Notes: generated from the letters alone by a model not told the origin. A DNA stretch of 64,000 nucleotides from Solirubrobacterales bacterium (GCA_003133565.1 PKYB01000076.1:10093-74092), one strand, 5' to 3'; counted from the stretch's first letter, positions 9,836 through 19,889 are shown. A program made the numbers and translations.

Positions 9836-10792
9836 ATGCCCATAACCGTCGTTGGATCGATCGCGTTTGACGCCGTCAAGACCCCGTTTGGCGAGCGCCA
9901 ACGGATGCTTGGAGGCGCCGCCGTCCACTTCGCGCTCGCCGCTTCGTTCTTCGACGTCGTGCGAATGGTCGGCCCGGTCGGCGACGATTTCGGCGAGGCC
10001 GAGCTCGATGTGCTGCGCAGCCGCGGCATCGACGTCAGCGACATCGAGCATGTTCAGGGCGGACGCACTTTTTTCTGGCGCGGGGAGTACGGCTGGGACC
10101 TCAACAGCCGCGAGACACTCGATACGCAACTGGGCGTATTCGAACACTTCGCCCCCAGTCTCTCTGGGGCCTCACGCGCGAGCGAGGTGCTGTTTCTCGC
10201 AAACATTCAGCCCGACCTCCAGCGCGCGGTGCGCGCGCAGTGCCAGGACACGCGGTTCGCTGCGCTCGATTCGATGAACCTTTGGATCGACATAGCCCGC
10301 GACTCGCTCGTCGACGCGATCAACGAGGTCGACTGCCTGATCCTCAACGACGCCGAACTGCGCCAACTCACCGACAAGCCAAACCTCCTCAGCGCAGCCC
10401 AGGAGGTGCTTTCGTGGAGGCCGGCGGGAGGCGGGTGCGTCGTCGCGAAGCTCGGTGCCTACGGTGCGGCTTTGATTACCCCCGACGGCTACTTCTCGAT
10501 TCCGGCCTTTCCGCTCGAGACGGTCGTCGATCCAACCGGTGCCGGCGACAGCTTTGCCGGCGGCTTCGTCGGCTACATCGCCTCGCAGCCGCCTGGCAGC
10601 AGGCTCACCGCGGCCCTGCTTCGACGGGCGATGGCCTACGGGACCGCGATCGCGTCGTTCAACGTCGAGGCGTTTGGCACAGAGCGCGTCGCGCGCCTGA
10701 CGTTGGCCGAGATCACGGCCCGAGTCGCCGAGTTGCGACGCATGACGAGCTTCTCCGTGGAGCGCTTCAGGGGCGTCCGCGGAGGCCGCTAG
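9836..10792 (+). CDS. PfkB-family sugar/nucleoside kinase
   Basis: MPITVVGSIAFD...GGAAVHFALA...DPTGAGDSFAGGF (PfkB signature). Start set to ATG 9836; the track start 9620 would overlap the helicase 5-prime end. Confidence 0.8.
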   Translation: MPITVVGSIAFDAVKTPFGERQRMLGGAAVHFALAASFFDVVRMVGPVGDDFGEAELDVLRSRGIDVSDIEHVQGGRTFFWRGEYGWDLNSRETLDTQLGVFEHFAPSLSGASRASEVLFLANIQPDLQRAVRAQCQDTRFAALDSMNLWIDIARDSLVDAINEVDCLILNDAELRQLTDKPNLLSAAQEVLSWRPAGGGCVVAKLGAYGAALITPDGYFSIPAFPLETVVDPTGAGDSFAGGFVGYIASQPPGSRLTAALLRRAMAYGTAIASFNVEAFGTERVARLTLAEITARVAELRRMTSFSVERFRGVRGGR

Positions 10793-10830
10793 CGGCGGGC
10801 CTCAGCGGGTAGTAGGATCGGTCGAGCCGT

Positions 10831-11106
10831 ATGACTGGGACCTCCATCTGGCCGATGCTGATCCTCAAGATCCCGATCCTCGTGATGATTGGGATCGTCT
10901 GGTGGGTGATCCACAAGTCCGCCGATGAACCGCTCCCGGCCGGCGACGAGGGCGACGGTGGATCCAAGCTCCGCGCCGACCCGCACCCCCGCCCGCTGCT
11001 TCCTCGCAAGCCGCGCCGTGGTCCCCACGGTGCGGCCCCGGCCCCGGCCCCGGCACCGAGCCGCGTGCGGACCGTGCACGCCCGCGCTTGCAAGATCGAG
11101 CGCTGA
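10831..11106 (+). CDS. Small membrane protein (one TM helix, Pro/Arg-rich tail), unknown function
   Basis: MTGTSIWPMLILKIPILVMIGIVWWVIHK... It fills the pfkB-dcd gap and has high GC3. No strong RBS was seen. Confidence 0.4.
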   Translation: MTGTSIWPMLILKIPILVMIGIVWWVIHKSADEPLPAGDEGDGGSKLRADPHPRPLLPRKPRRGPHGAAPAPAPAPSRVRTVHARACKIER

Positions 11107-11137
11107 TCGCGTGCAAGGAGTCACGGCGCCGGTGACC

Positions 11138-11749
11138 ATGTCATCGGTGCTTTCCGATGGCACGATCCGTCGCCTCGTCGAAGACGGGACGATCATCATC
11201 GACCCCTGGGATCCCTCGTTGGTCCAGCCGGCGAGTGTGGATCTGCGCCTCGGCAACACGTTTCGCGTGTTTCATAACCACCGCGCATCGGCGATCGATC
11301 TGCGCGAGCCGCCGCGAAACCTGACCGAGCCGCACGTCATCTCAAGCGACGAGCCGTTCGTAATCCATCCGGGAGAGTTCTGTCTCGGCGCCACGCTCGA
11401 GAACGTGACGCTGCCGAACAACATCGTCGCCCGCATCGAGGGAAAGTCCTCGCTCGGCCGGCTCGGTCTGATCGTCCATGCCACAGCGGGCTTCTGTGAC
11501 CCTGGCTGGCACGGGACGCTGACGCTCGAGCTCAACAACCTGACGCGCGTCCCGATCAAGCTCTGGGCCGGCCTACCGATCGCGCAGCTTTCGTTTATGA
11601 CCCTCGATGCTCCCGCGGAGCGTCCCTACGGCCACGCCGAGCTCGGCAGTCACTACCAAGGGCAGGTCGCGGCCACGGCGAGCCGCTATGGCGACGCCGG
11701 CGACGCTGGCGAGGCTGGCGACGCTGGCGACGGGTCCCGTAGCGCATAA
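11138..11749 (+). CDS. dcd: dCTP deaminase
   Basis: MSSVLSDGTIRRLVEDGTIIIDPWDPSLVQPASVDLRLGN...GFCDPGWHGTLTLELNN. AAGGAG lies at 11115-11120, and GTG 11132 is an alternative start. The C-terminal GDAGDAGEAGDAGDG tail comes from a 9-nt repeat. Confidence 0.9.
   Translation: MSSVLSDGTIRRLVEDGTIIIDPWDPSLVQPASVDLRLGNTFRVFHNHRASAIDLREPPRNLTEPHVISSDEPFVIHPGEFCLGATLENVTLPNNIVARIEGKSSLGRLGLIVHATAGFCDPGWHGTLTLELNNLTRVPIKLWAGLPIAQLSFMTLDAPAERPYGHAELGSHYQGQVAATASRYGDAGDAGEAGDAGDGSRSA
11690..11734 (+). repeat. Tandem 9-nt repeat (GGCGACGCY-like, 5 units) inside the dcd 3-prime end
   Basis: ggcgacgcc ggcgacgct ggcgaggct ggcgacgct ggcgacggg, read directly. Confidence 0.9.
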
Positions 11750-11782
11750 TCGAGTCGACCCTACGGACGATCGGGGAACGCG

Positions 11783-13123
11783 ATGACAACGAAGACAGAG
11801 GCCGCAGCGGCCCTCGCGGGCGACACAGACGGAAAAGCCGAGGACACGCTGCGGATCACAGACAGCCGGACCGGCGAGACCTACGAGATCCCGATCGTCG
11901 ACGGCGCGATCCGCTCCCTCGACCTACGCCAGATCAAGACCAGCGAAGACGACTTCGGCCTGCTCGCCTACGACCCGGCGTTTATGAACACCGCTTCGTG
12001 CCGCAGCGCGATCACCTATCTCGACGGCGACTTGGGCGTCCTCGAGTACCGCGGCTATCCAATCGAACAGCTTGCCGAGCACTCGACCTACCTCGAGGTT
12101 GCCTACCTGCTCGTCCACGGTGAGCTCCCGACAGCAGCCGAGCTCGCCACCTGGACGCATGAAATCAAGACCCACACGTTCGTTCACGAGAACGTCAAGA
12201 GCTTCATCCAGGGCTTCCGCCACGATGCGCACCCAATGGGAATGCTGCTCGGCTCGATTGGCGCGCTCTCGACCTTCTACCCCGACGCCAACCAGATCCA
12301 TGACCCGGCCAACCGGGCGATCCAAACAATCCGCTTGATCGCCAAGATGCCAACGCTCGCCGCGTTCTCCTACCGGCACAACATGGGCCAGCCCTACGTC
12401 TACCCGGACAACGATCTCGAGTACGCGGGCAACTTCCTCGGCATGCTCTACAAGATGACCGAGCTCAAGTACCAGCCCGATCCGCGACTGGCGAAGGCGC
12501 TCGACGTCCTCTTCATTCTGCACGCCGATCACGAGCAGAACTGCTCAACGAGCGCGGTGCGCGCGATCGGCTCGTCGGGAGTCGACCCGTACTCGGCGAT
12601 CGCCGGCGGCATCGCGGCGCTCTACGGTCCGTCGCACGGCGGCGCCAACGAGGAGGTCGTGCGGATGCTGTTGCGGATCGGCTCAAAGGAGAACATCCCC
12701 GACTTCATCGCCGGCGTAAAGGCCGGCCGTGAGCGGCTGATGGGCTTCGGCCATCGTGTCTACAAGAACTACGACCCGCGCGCGCGAATCATCAAGAAGG
12801 CATGCGACGACGTGTTCGAGGTGACCGGCGTCAACCCACTGCTCGACATCGCAACGGAGCTCGAGAAGATCGCGCTGGGCGAGGAATACTTCGTATCGCG
12901 CTCGCTCTATCCAAACGTTGACTTCTACTCAGGCCTGATTTACCAGGCGCTCGGCATGCCGATGGCGATGTTTCCAGTGATGTTCGCGATCGGCCGCACG
13001 AGCGGCTGGATCGCGCAATGGCTCGAGATGGTCCAAGACAGCGAGCAGAAGATCGCGCGGCCACGCCAGATCTACACAGGTGAGCGAAACCGGGACTACG
13101 TTCCGCTGGCCGAGCGCGGCTGA
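11783..13123 (+). CDS. gltA: Citrate synthase
   Basis: LFILHADHEQNCSTS, GFGHRVYKNYDPRA; 446 aa. Confidence 0.95.
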   Translation: MTTKTEAAAALAGDTDGKAEDTLRITDSRTGETYEIPIVDGAIRSLDLRQIKTSEDDFGLLAYDPAFMNTASCRSAITYLDGDLGVLEYRGYPIEQLAEHSTYLEVAYLLVHGELPTAAELATWTHEIKTHTFVHENVKSFIQGFRHDAHPMGMLLGSIGALSTFYPDANQIHDPANRAIQTIRLIAKMPTLAAFSYRHNMGQPYVYPDNDLEYAGNFLGMLYKMTELKYQPDPRLAKALDVLFILHADHEQNCSTSAVRAIGSSGVDPYSAIAGGIAALYGPSHGGANEEVVRMLLRIGSKENIPDFIAGVKAGRERLMGFGHRVYKNYDPRARIIKKACDDVFEVTGVNPLLDIATELEKIALGEEYFVSRSLYPNVDFYSGLIYQALGMPMAMFPVMFAIGRTSGWIAQWLEMVQDSEQKIARPRQIYTGERNRDYVPLAERG

Positions 13124-13127
13124 GCGA

Positions 13128-13155
13128 ATCGCGACGCGCGACATCGCGACGCGCG
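13128..13155. repeat. Direct repeat ATCGCGACGCGCG x2 (2-nt spacer) between convergent gltA and a secreted-protein gene
   Basis: Read directly: atcgcgacgcgcg ac atcgcgacgcgcg. Confidence 0.9.
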
Positions 13156-13179
13156 GCGCGGCGCGGCCGCCCGCCGGCA

Positions 13180-14025
13180 TCACTTGTTGACGCGCACCTC
13201 GACTGTTCCCGCGTAGGCCTCGTCGTAGCTGCACGCGGCCGTGGTCCCGCCAGGGCCCGCCGCGGCGTCCCCGCAGGTCTGCGGCTGGCACGTCATACCG
13301 TCGCAGGCGCCGCTCAGCGGAACGCCGGCGAACAGCCCGGAGCCCGCCATGGTGAAGGGCGCGCTGACATGGCCGCTTCGCTCGAGGGCGCTACGCGAGA
13401 CCGTCACGTTGGCCTGAAGCTGGTTGAACCCCACGACTGGGCTCGGCTGGTAGGCGCCTGCGCCACAGCCGGTCGCCGTAGGGCCGAGCACCAACTCACC
13501 GATCACAGCCACCGTTACATGGCTGCCGGTAACCGTCACGCTGGCGTCGGGATAGTCCAGATCATCGTTGTCGGCAGGCGTCGGAGCCGTGAGCTGCAGG
13601 CCGCAGCTAGCGGCTCCAGTCAAGGCGCTCGCGCAGTGCGCCGTGCTTGCGCTCAACGAGCCGCTGCCCTGCGAGGTAAGCGGCCCGTCCAGCACACCGC
13701 CACCGTGCGCGACCACGAACGCGAAGCGCCAGGAGTAACTGTCGCGCTCGCTGTAGGACACCGCTGGGCCAGTGCAGGAGGCGTCGCCGGGGCTGTTGCC
13801 CTGAGGCGAAACGCTGTAGCGGTAGCTGCCGGAACCGGAGCCGACAAACGTGACAACGATGCTCCCGGGCGACGCGGAGCCAGCCGCAGTGCGGTCGCGG
13901 TCTGAGCGCTGCGGCGCGCCCCGCGCGTCGCGCACCGGGAGCTTGGCGACGCTCGCAGCAGGGGTCCCCGCCGCCATTGCAAACACCGCGAGCGCCAGGG
14001 AAGCGAAGGAAGTCCTCGTCGACAT
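13180..14025 (-). CDS. Secreted Cys-containing protein, unknown function
   Basis: MSTRTSFASLALAVFAMAAGTPAASVA is signal-like, and the mature part is Gly/Ser/Ala-rich with multiple Cys. Start chosen at ATG 14025 (the track ORF starts at 14082). Confidence 0.55.
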   Translation of the reverse strand: MSTRTSFASLALAVFAMAAGTPAASVAKLPVRDARGAPQRSDRDRTAAGSASPGSIVVTFVGSGSGSYRYSVSPQGNSPGDASCTGPAVSYSERDSYSWRFAFVVAHGGGVLDGPLTSQGSGSLSASTAHCASALTGAASCGLQLTAPTPADNDDLDYPDASVTVTGSHVTVAVIGELVLGPTATGCGAGAYQPSPVVGFNQLQANVTVSRSALERSGHVSAPFTMAGSGLFAGVPLSGACDGMTCQPQTCGDAAAGPGGTTAACSYDEAYAGTVEVRVNK

Positions 14026-14088
14026 GCGCGATGAAGCTACTACCCGCCGACACCACCCGCAAGGGAGGTTGGGGCGTTGCAAGCGCCT

Positions 14089-14748
14089 TCAGAGAACCAG
14101 GGCCGAGCCGTTCTTGCGCAGCCATGCCGCTGGCTCTCGCCACCCAGGACAGCGCGATTCGAGCAGCGCCCAGAAGCGGGGCGAGTGGTTTGCCACCTCA
14201 ATGTGGCAAACCTCGTGCCAGACGACGTAGTCGAGGACCCGTTCGGGGCCAAGTAGAAGCCGCCAGTTGAAGCTCATAACGCCACTGCTGCCACAGCTGG
14301 CCCAGCGCGTGCTCTGGTTTCGGACCGCCAGGCGCGCATAGCTCGTGCCGGCCGCGGCCGTCGCCGCATCGAGGCGCTGTGTCAGCTCCGCGCGCGCCGC
14401 CCTGCGATACCAGCGTTCGATCGCCGGCCGTGCCGCGGCTCCAGCAGGAACCAGCAGCGCTTCGCCGTTACGGTGGACCTGGCGTCGCTCCGCTTGCACC
14501 ACCAGCACCAGACGGCGATCGAGATATGGGACCCAGCCACGCTCCCGTGCAACCAGCTTGCGGGCGCCGGCGAGCTCGGCCAGTCGTCGCTCGATCCAGG
14601 GCGCTAGCTCGACGACTGCCGCGGCGGCTGCACGCTCCGGGGCGCGCATCGGGAGCACCACCTCGACGCCATGCTCGGGATCAACGCGCACCCGTACGCG
14701 CTTGGCTCGGGGCGCCCGGCGCACGCGGTAAGGGATCTCAGCTTCCAT
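14089..14748 (-). CDS. YgjP/DUF45-like (SprT-like) zinc metallohydrolase
   Basis: WASCGSSGVMSFNWRLLLGP...VVWHEVCHIEVANHSPRFWALL (HExxH). Start at ATG 14748. Confidence 0.8.
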   Translation of the reverse strand: MEAEIPYRVRRAPRAKRVRVRVDPEHGVEVVLPMRAPERAAAAAVVELAPWIERRLAELAGARKLVARERGWVPYLDRRLVLVVQAERRQVHRNGEALLVPAGAAARPAIERWYRRAARAELTQRLDAATAAAGTSYARLAVRNQSTRWASCGSSGVMSFNWRLLLGPERVLDYVVWHEVCHIEVANHSPRFWALLESRCPGWREPAAWLRKNGSALVL

Positions 14749-14802
14749 AGTTGTGGACGCTACCTGGGGGCGGCGACAGCGCGCCGCGCGCAATCGCCGA
14801 GC

Positions 14803-15702
14803 TCACCTCGGGGCGGCTTGCCACGGGCGCGACAGCCGCAGTGCCGAGACGATCGCGCGCGTGGCCGGTGAGCGATTCAGCGTGTAGAAGTGAATACCCG
14901 GGGCGCCGGCGGCGAGGAGTTCCGCGCATTGCAGCGTCGCATAGGCCACGCCGAGGTCGGCAACAGCCTCAGCGTCGCCAGCGCGGACGTCCAGTGCATC
15001 CAAGAGACCCGGTGGAATGGTTGCGCCGCAGACCGACGTGAATCGCTTTATCTGATCCGCGTTGGTAATCGGCATGATCCCGGGGACGATTGGGACTTCG
15101 ATGCCGGCGTCACGGGCTCGGCGCACGAAAGCGAAGTAAGCGTCATTCGCGAAGAACAGGTTCGTGATCAACACGTGGACGCCAGCATCGACCTTCGTCC
15201 GCAGATGGGCCATGTCGGCGTCGGCGTCCGGCGCCTCTGGGTGCGATTCCGGATAGCAGGCGGCGACGGTGCAGAACGGATATTCGCTCGTTACGAGCGC
15301 GACGAGCTCGCTTGCATGGGTCAAACCCCCCGCGGTCGCGGCGAACGACGTCTCGCCGTTTGGCGGATCGCCACGTAGCGCCAACACGTTTTCGAGCCCG
15401 GTCGCACGAAGCTCGTCGAGCGATGCACGCAACTGATCACGCGTGGCACCGGCACAGGTGAAGTGCGCTGCCGCTTCAATCCCGTGGTCGGCGCGAATAC
15501 GGCGAACGAGCTCGATCGTCTGCGCCTGGGCGCTGGCGCCGGTCTTCGTGACCGACACAAACCCGGGTTCGAGCTCGCGCAGCGCCGTCACTGCGGCAAG
15601 CAGGTTGCGCTCACCCTGCGGCGTCTTCGGCGGAAAGAACTCGAAGGAGAACACGGGGTCGGTGCTTGTGGCAAGCATCTCGTCGATTCGCATCAGCGCC
15701 AT
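14803..15702 (-). CDS. metF: 5,10-methylenetetrahydrofolate reductase
   Basis: MALMRIDEML...VFSFEFFPPKTPQGERNL...AAHFTCAG. The track ORF is trimmed to ATG 15702. Confidence 0.9.
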   Translation of the reverse strand: MALMRIDEMLATSTDPVFSFEFFPPKTPQGERNLLAAVTALRELEPGFVSVTKTGASAQAQTIELVRRIRADHGIEAAAHFTCAGATRDQLRASLDELRATGLENVLALRGDPPNGETSFAATAGGLTHASELVALVTSEYPFCTVAACYPESHPEAPDADADMAHLRTKVDAGVHVLITNLFFANDAYFAFVRRARDAGIEVPIVPGIMPITNADQIKRFTSVCGATIPPGLLDALDVRAGDAEAVADLGVAYATLQCAELLAAGAPGIHFYTLNRSPATRAIVSALRLSRPWQAAPR

Positions 15703-15778
15703 TATCGCCCCCGAGCCAGTGCTGCCAGCCGAACTACACTCCTCGCATGGGGTATGCGACCCGCGCCAGTGAGCGCTG

Positions 15779-16156
15779 ATGGGGCGTCGCCAGCGCCAGC
15801 GAGGCCGCGGGGGTGCTCTGGCACCCCCACCCTCGCAGGAGTACGACGACGGCCAAGGACACGTGATCGTCCTGCGCTGCGTCCTCAGCGCGCCAACGCG
15901 CACTAGCTACGCGCGGATCGCCAGCGGCGAGGATCTGCCGCCGGGAGCCAACCGCGAGGACGCCTGGCAGCGCGCCGTCGAGTTCCTGTTCGAACGGCTT
16001 GCCGTCAGTTGGTCGATCGCCGGCGCGCCCGCGATCACGGCCCAGCACGAGTTGCTCGTCAGGCTGCGGGCCGCCAGTCAAGAGGAGCGCAGCTGGTTGC
16101 GCGCGCGGCTTCGCGAGCACTGCGCCGAACACTTTCCCGAGCTCGCTGCGCCGTAG
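15779..16156 (+). CDS. Hypothetical protein (weak call)
   Basis: It is the only plausible-looking ORF in the 540-bp metF-pyk gap. It has moderately high GC3, no recognisable motif, and an uncertain start. Confidence 0.3.
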   Translation: MGRRQRQRGRGGALAPPPSQEYDDGQGHVIVLRCVLSAPTRTSYARIASGEDLPPGANREDAWQRAVEFLFERLAVSWSIAGAPAITAQHELLVRLRAASQEERSWLRARLREHCAEHFPELAAP

Positions 16157-16243
16157 AGCGAGCGACGCGCGACCTCGGCACCGCGCCCGCGCTGGCGGGT
16201 CCGCCGCGCCAGCCGAGTGGAAGGCTCGATACTGTCCGCGGGA

Positions 16244-17650
16244 ATGCGCCGCACAAAGATTGTCGCGACCATCGGTCCCGCCTCGCGGGAGCCAGAGGCT
16301 CTTCTCCAACTCGTTGAGGCCGGAATGGACGTCGCACGCCTCAACTACTCCCATGGCACGCTGGACGAGCACGCGGAAACCGCTCAGCGCGTGCGCGACG
16401 CCGCGAACCGCGCCGGGCGGCCGGTGGCAATCCTCCAGGACCTGCCGGGGCCGAAGCTGCGAATCGGCGCGCTAAAAGACGACGTTGCTGAGCTCAAGCC
16501 GGGCGAGGTCGTGACCTTTGAGTGCGGCACAGACGCGACCGGCGACGCACGGCGGATGTCGGTGACCTGGAAGGACCTGGCCAACTCGCTCGAAGCCGGC
16601 GAAGTGATCTATCTCGCTGACGGCTCAGTGCGCCTGCGTGTCACCGCAACGCGACCGCAACTGAACGAGCTCGACGCCGAAGTTCAGATCGGTGGCTCAG
16701 TCGCCTCCCGACAGGGGCTCAACATCCCGGGTCCCACGGTCGGCTTGCCGGCGGTGCCGGAGGGTGATCTGAAGCTGCTGGCCCACGGCGAGTCGATCGG
16801 TGTCGACATCGTGGCGCTGTCGTTCGTGCGAACGGCCAGCGAGATCGAGTTTGTGCGCGAGCACACGCGCCTGCCGTTGGTCGCGAAGATCGAAAAACCA
16901 CAGGCCGTCGAAAATGCCGAGGCGGTGCTGCGCGCGGCGGACGCGATTATGGTGGCGCGCGGCGACCTCGGGATCGAAATGCCGATAGAGCAGGTGCCGC
17001 TCGTCCAAAAGCGCCTGCTGAAGCTCGCGGGTCAGCTCGCACGGCCATCGATCACTGCAACGCAGATGCTGGAGTCGATGGTGTACTCGAGTCGCCCGAC
17101 GCGCGCCGAGGTTGCTGATGTCGCAAACGCGATCCTCGACGGGACCGACGCCGTGATGCTCTCCCAGGAGACGGCCGTCGGCGCTTACCCGGCCGGCGCC
17201 GTCGCGATGATGGCCGCGATCGCCAAGGTGACTGAGGCGAGCGTCGACTACTCCGAGTGGAACGAACGACGCGTGCTGCGCACGGGACAGGACCCGGCCT
17301 ACACCGTCGCCCACGCCGCCTGCTCTGCCGCGCGCGAGCTCGCGCTTGACGCGCTCGTCGTTCCGACGTTGTCGGGCCGATCGGCGCGACTGGTCTCCGC
17401 CCACCGTCCACAAGTACCGATCTATGCGCTCTCGCCGGACCGCGAGACGGTCCGGCGGTGCGGGCTGATGTGGGGCGTCCAGGCGAACTGGATGCGCCGC
17501 CATGAGATCACCGAGGAATTGATCGCCGACGCTGCGTCGACCGTCGTGGAACTAGGCTGGTGTCAGCCTGGCCAGCGCATCGGCATCACCGCGGGGCTTC
17601 CGAGCGGCACCCCCGGCACCACAAGCCTGCTGCAGATTCAGCGCGTCTAG
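16244..17650 (+). CDS. pyk: Pyruvate kinase
   Basis: MRRTKIVATIGPAS...LNYSHGT...MVARGDLGIEMP. Confidence 0.95.
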   Translation: MRRTKIVATIGPASREPEALLQLVEAGMDVARLNYSHGTLDEHAETAQRVRDAANRAGRPVAILQDLPGPKLRIGALKDDVAELKPGEVVTFECGTDATGDARRMSVTWKDLANSLEAGEVIYLADGSVRLRVTATRPQLNELDAEVQIGGSVASRQGLNIPGPTVGLPAVPEGDLKLLAHGESIGVDIVALSFVRTASEIEFVREHTRLPLVAKIEKPQAVENAEAVLRAADAIMVARGDLGIEMPIEQVPLVQKRLLKLAGQLARPSITATQMLESMVYSSRPTRAEVADVANAILDGTDAVMLSQETAVGAYPAGAVAMMAAIAKVTEASVDYSEWNERRVLRTGQDPAYTVAHAACSAARELALDALVVPTLSGRSARLVSAHRPQVPIYALSPDRETVRRCGLMWGVQANWMRRHEITEELIADAASTVVELGWCQPGQRIGITAGLPSGTPGTTSLLQIQRV

Positions 17651-17682
17651 CGACTCGGCAAACTGGACGGCCTTCGTCGTTC

Positions 17683-17702
17683 AGTCCTCTGCGCTGAGGA
17701 CT
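17683..17702. terminator. Short hairpin between convergent pyk and ABC1-kinase genes
   Basis: AGTCCTC tgcgct GAGGACT: 7-bp stem, no obvious U tract. Confidence 0.3.
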
Positions 17703-17734
17703 CGACAAAGCTGATGGTGCTTGCGCCGCCCGCG

Positions 17735-19111
17735 CTAGTGGACGGCGGCGGCGTAGAAAGCCGCCTCCTGGCGTCCGAGCTCGGTCGCCGGGGGATCGCC
17801 AAAGATCCATTCGCGCGCGATCCTGTGCCAGTTGCCGCGTGCGTGAAGCTGTCCCATCACCGCCAGCGTGAGCGTCTCGGTCCGCCGTCCGAACAGATGG
17901 TCGGGCGGCAGGTTTTCGTGGCGCATCTGCTTGTAGTGGCGCGAGCGCGGATCCGACATATCGATCACGATCTGGGTCGCGATCTCCGGCGTCAGCTCGA
18001 TCTCCTCGTCGCGCGTGTACCACCAGGTGACGTCCTGAAACTGACGGACGATGTCCTGCGGGGTGTAGCGCGTCGGGTCGGGCAGGAACCCGCCGGCGTG
18101 CAGGTGCTCGATTAGCGCCTCGCCGTCGCCGAGAATCCCGCGGCGCGCAATCTCGAGCTCGTAATCGGCGACCGATGCGGGGATCCGCTTGAACAGGCCG
18201 AAGTCCAGGAACGCGACGCGCCCGTCATCCAGTGCCAGGAAATTCCCCGGGTGCGGGTCGCCCGAGAACTGGTGGTGGCGGTACATGCAACCGAAGTAGA
18301 AGCGAAAGATGATCTCGGCGAGGCGGTCGCGCTCGGCCGCCGGTCGTCGTTTGAGGACCTCGAACCCGGTGCCCTCGACGTATTCGCCAACGAGCACGCG
18401 CTCGCGTGAGAGGACGACGTCGGGGACGAAGATGAAGGGGTGGCCACGGAAGATCCGGGCCATCGCGCGCTGGTTGGCTGCCTCGAGCTCGTAATCGAGC
18501 TCTTCGGAGATCCGCTCGCGGACCTCCTGCCCGATGGCCTGCGCGTCGAGCTCCGGAGCCAGCCGCCCCATCAGGCGGATGATCATGCCGAAGTTCTGGA
18601 GGTCCGCGCGCACGGCGGCAGCCGCGCCCGGGTACTGCACCTTCACTGCCACGTCGCGACCGTCGGGGAGGCGCGCGCGATAGACCTGCCCGATCGAGGC
18701 CGACGCGATCGGCTCGGAGTCGAATTCGGCGAAGCTGCTCTGCAGCGGCGCCTCGAGCTCCGTCTCGACCACCGCGCGCATGTCCTCGAAGGGGACTGGC
18801 GGCGCGCCGTCGCGGAGCTCCCCGAGCTTGCGCTGAAACTCCTCGCGGTACTGCTCGCCGACGAGGCCGACGTCAAGGAAGGACATCACCTGACCGAGCT
18901 TCATCGCCGCGCCCTTCATCGTCCCGAGAACGGCCACGATCTGCTCGGCCGTTTCGATGTGCCGACGCGCAAGCGCCTCCTCGCTACCCTCCTCGCCGCG
19001 CGTCAGGTTGGCCGCCCGGGTGCCAAGCTGCTTGGCCGCGGTGCCGGCGGCAAGCCGACCAATCGTCGCGGTGCGGCGGATGCGCGAAGTCGGAATTTGC
19101 TCGCGAGTCAT
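17735..19111 (-). CDS. ABC1/UbiB-family atypical kinase
   Basis: EPIASASIGQVYRARLPDGRDVAVKVQYPG. Start at ATG 19111, 13 nt after the upstream gene stop. Confidence 0.85.
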   Translation of the reverse strand: MTREQIPTSRIRRTATIGRLAAGTAAKQLGTRAANLTRGEEGSEEALARRHIETAEQIVAVLGTMKGAAMKLGQVMSFLDVGLVGEQYREEFQRKLGELRDGAPPVPFEDMRAVVETELEAPLQSSFAEFDSEPIASASIGQVYRARLPDGRDVAVKVQYPGAAAAVRADLQNFGMIIRLMGRLAPELDAQAIGQEVRERISEELDYELEAANQRAMARIFRGHPFIFVPDVVLSRERVLVGEYVEGTGFEVLKRRPAAERDRLAEIIFRFYFGCMYRHHQFSGDPHPGNFLALDDGRVAFLDFGLFKRIPASVADYELEIARRGILGDGEALIEHLHAGGFLPDPTRYTPQDIVRQFQDVTWWYTRDEEIELTPEIATQIVIDMSDPRSRHYKQMRHENLPPDHLFGRRTETLTLAVMGQLHARGNWHRIAREWIFGDPPATELGRQEAAFYAAAVH

Positions 19112-19124
19112 CCGCGCAGCCGCC

Positions 19125-19889
19125 TTAGTCGCCCGCGCCCACGCGCTCCACGCGCGAGCCGGGCACGATGTCATCTGCACCATTCGGCCAACGCACCCAG
19201 GCCTTGTGGCCGCCGTCGTAATCGACGGCGAGGAGGATCAACGTGGCCGGGTCACCAAGCGCGATGCACGGCTCGGAGCCTTCGCGATCGAGACCGCGCC
19301 AGATGCGAATGAACGGGTTGTGCGCCCACTCCCTTCCGACCGTGCTTGGGTCGCTGTGCCCGGGGTTGACCTCCGTCTCGTGGTCGAGCTCCATCAGCGT
19401 GCCCATGATCGAGTCCTTCAACGCCTGGTAGGTGTCGTGACCGGGCGCCCGCACCCCGCCAACCGAGTCGCGGAAGAGCGTGTCACCGGTAAACACGCCA
19501 GTCGTCCCGTCGTGCTCGACAAAGAACGAGAGCATCCCAGTCGTGTGGCCAGGGGTGTGCAGCGGACGGACCCGCAGCTCCCCTACCTCGAGCCGCTGCG
19601 TCGCGTCGACCGGCCCGGTCGCACTCTGGACGAGGTCCAGCTCGAGCGGGTGGATCAGCACCTCGAGCTGGGGCCAGCGGGACAACAGCACCGGAACCTC
19701 GGCGACGTGGTCGTGGTGGTGATGGGTGAGCAAGACATATCGGGGAACCACCTCGAGGCGCTCGGCGGCTGCGATCAGCGGCTCAACGGGGCCCCCCGCA
19801 TCGATCACGACGGCAGACCCCTCGGGCTTGTCGGTCACCAGGTAACTGTTGGACAGGTACCCCGCATGCATCGAGCGCTCGACGAGCAT
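19125..19889 (-). CDS. MBL-fold metallohydrolase (glyoxalase II-like)
   Basis: LLTHHHHDHVAEV, HTPGHT. Start at ATG 19889 (GAGGA about 9 nt upstream), which avoids overlapping the divergent gloA. Confidence 0.85.
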   Translation of the reverse strand: MLVERSMHAGYLSNSYLVTDKPEGSAVVIDAGGPVEPLIAAAERLEVVPRYVLLTHHHHDHVAEVPVLLSRWPQLEVLIHPLELDLVQSATGPVDATQRLEVGELRVRPLHTPGHTTGMLSFFVEHDGTTGVFTGDTLFRDSVGGVRAPGHDTYQALKDSIMGTLMELDHETEVNPGHSDPSTVGREWAHNPFIRIWRGLDREGSEPCIALGDPATLILLAVDYDGGHKAWVRWPNGADDIVPGSRVERVGAGD

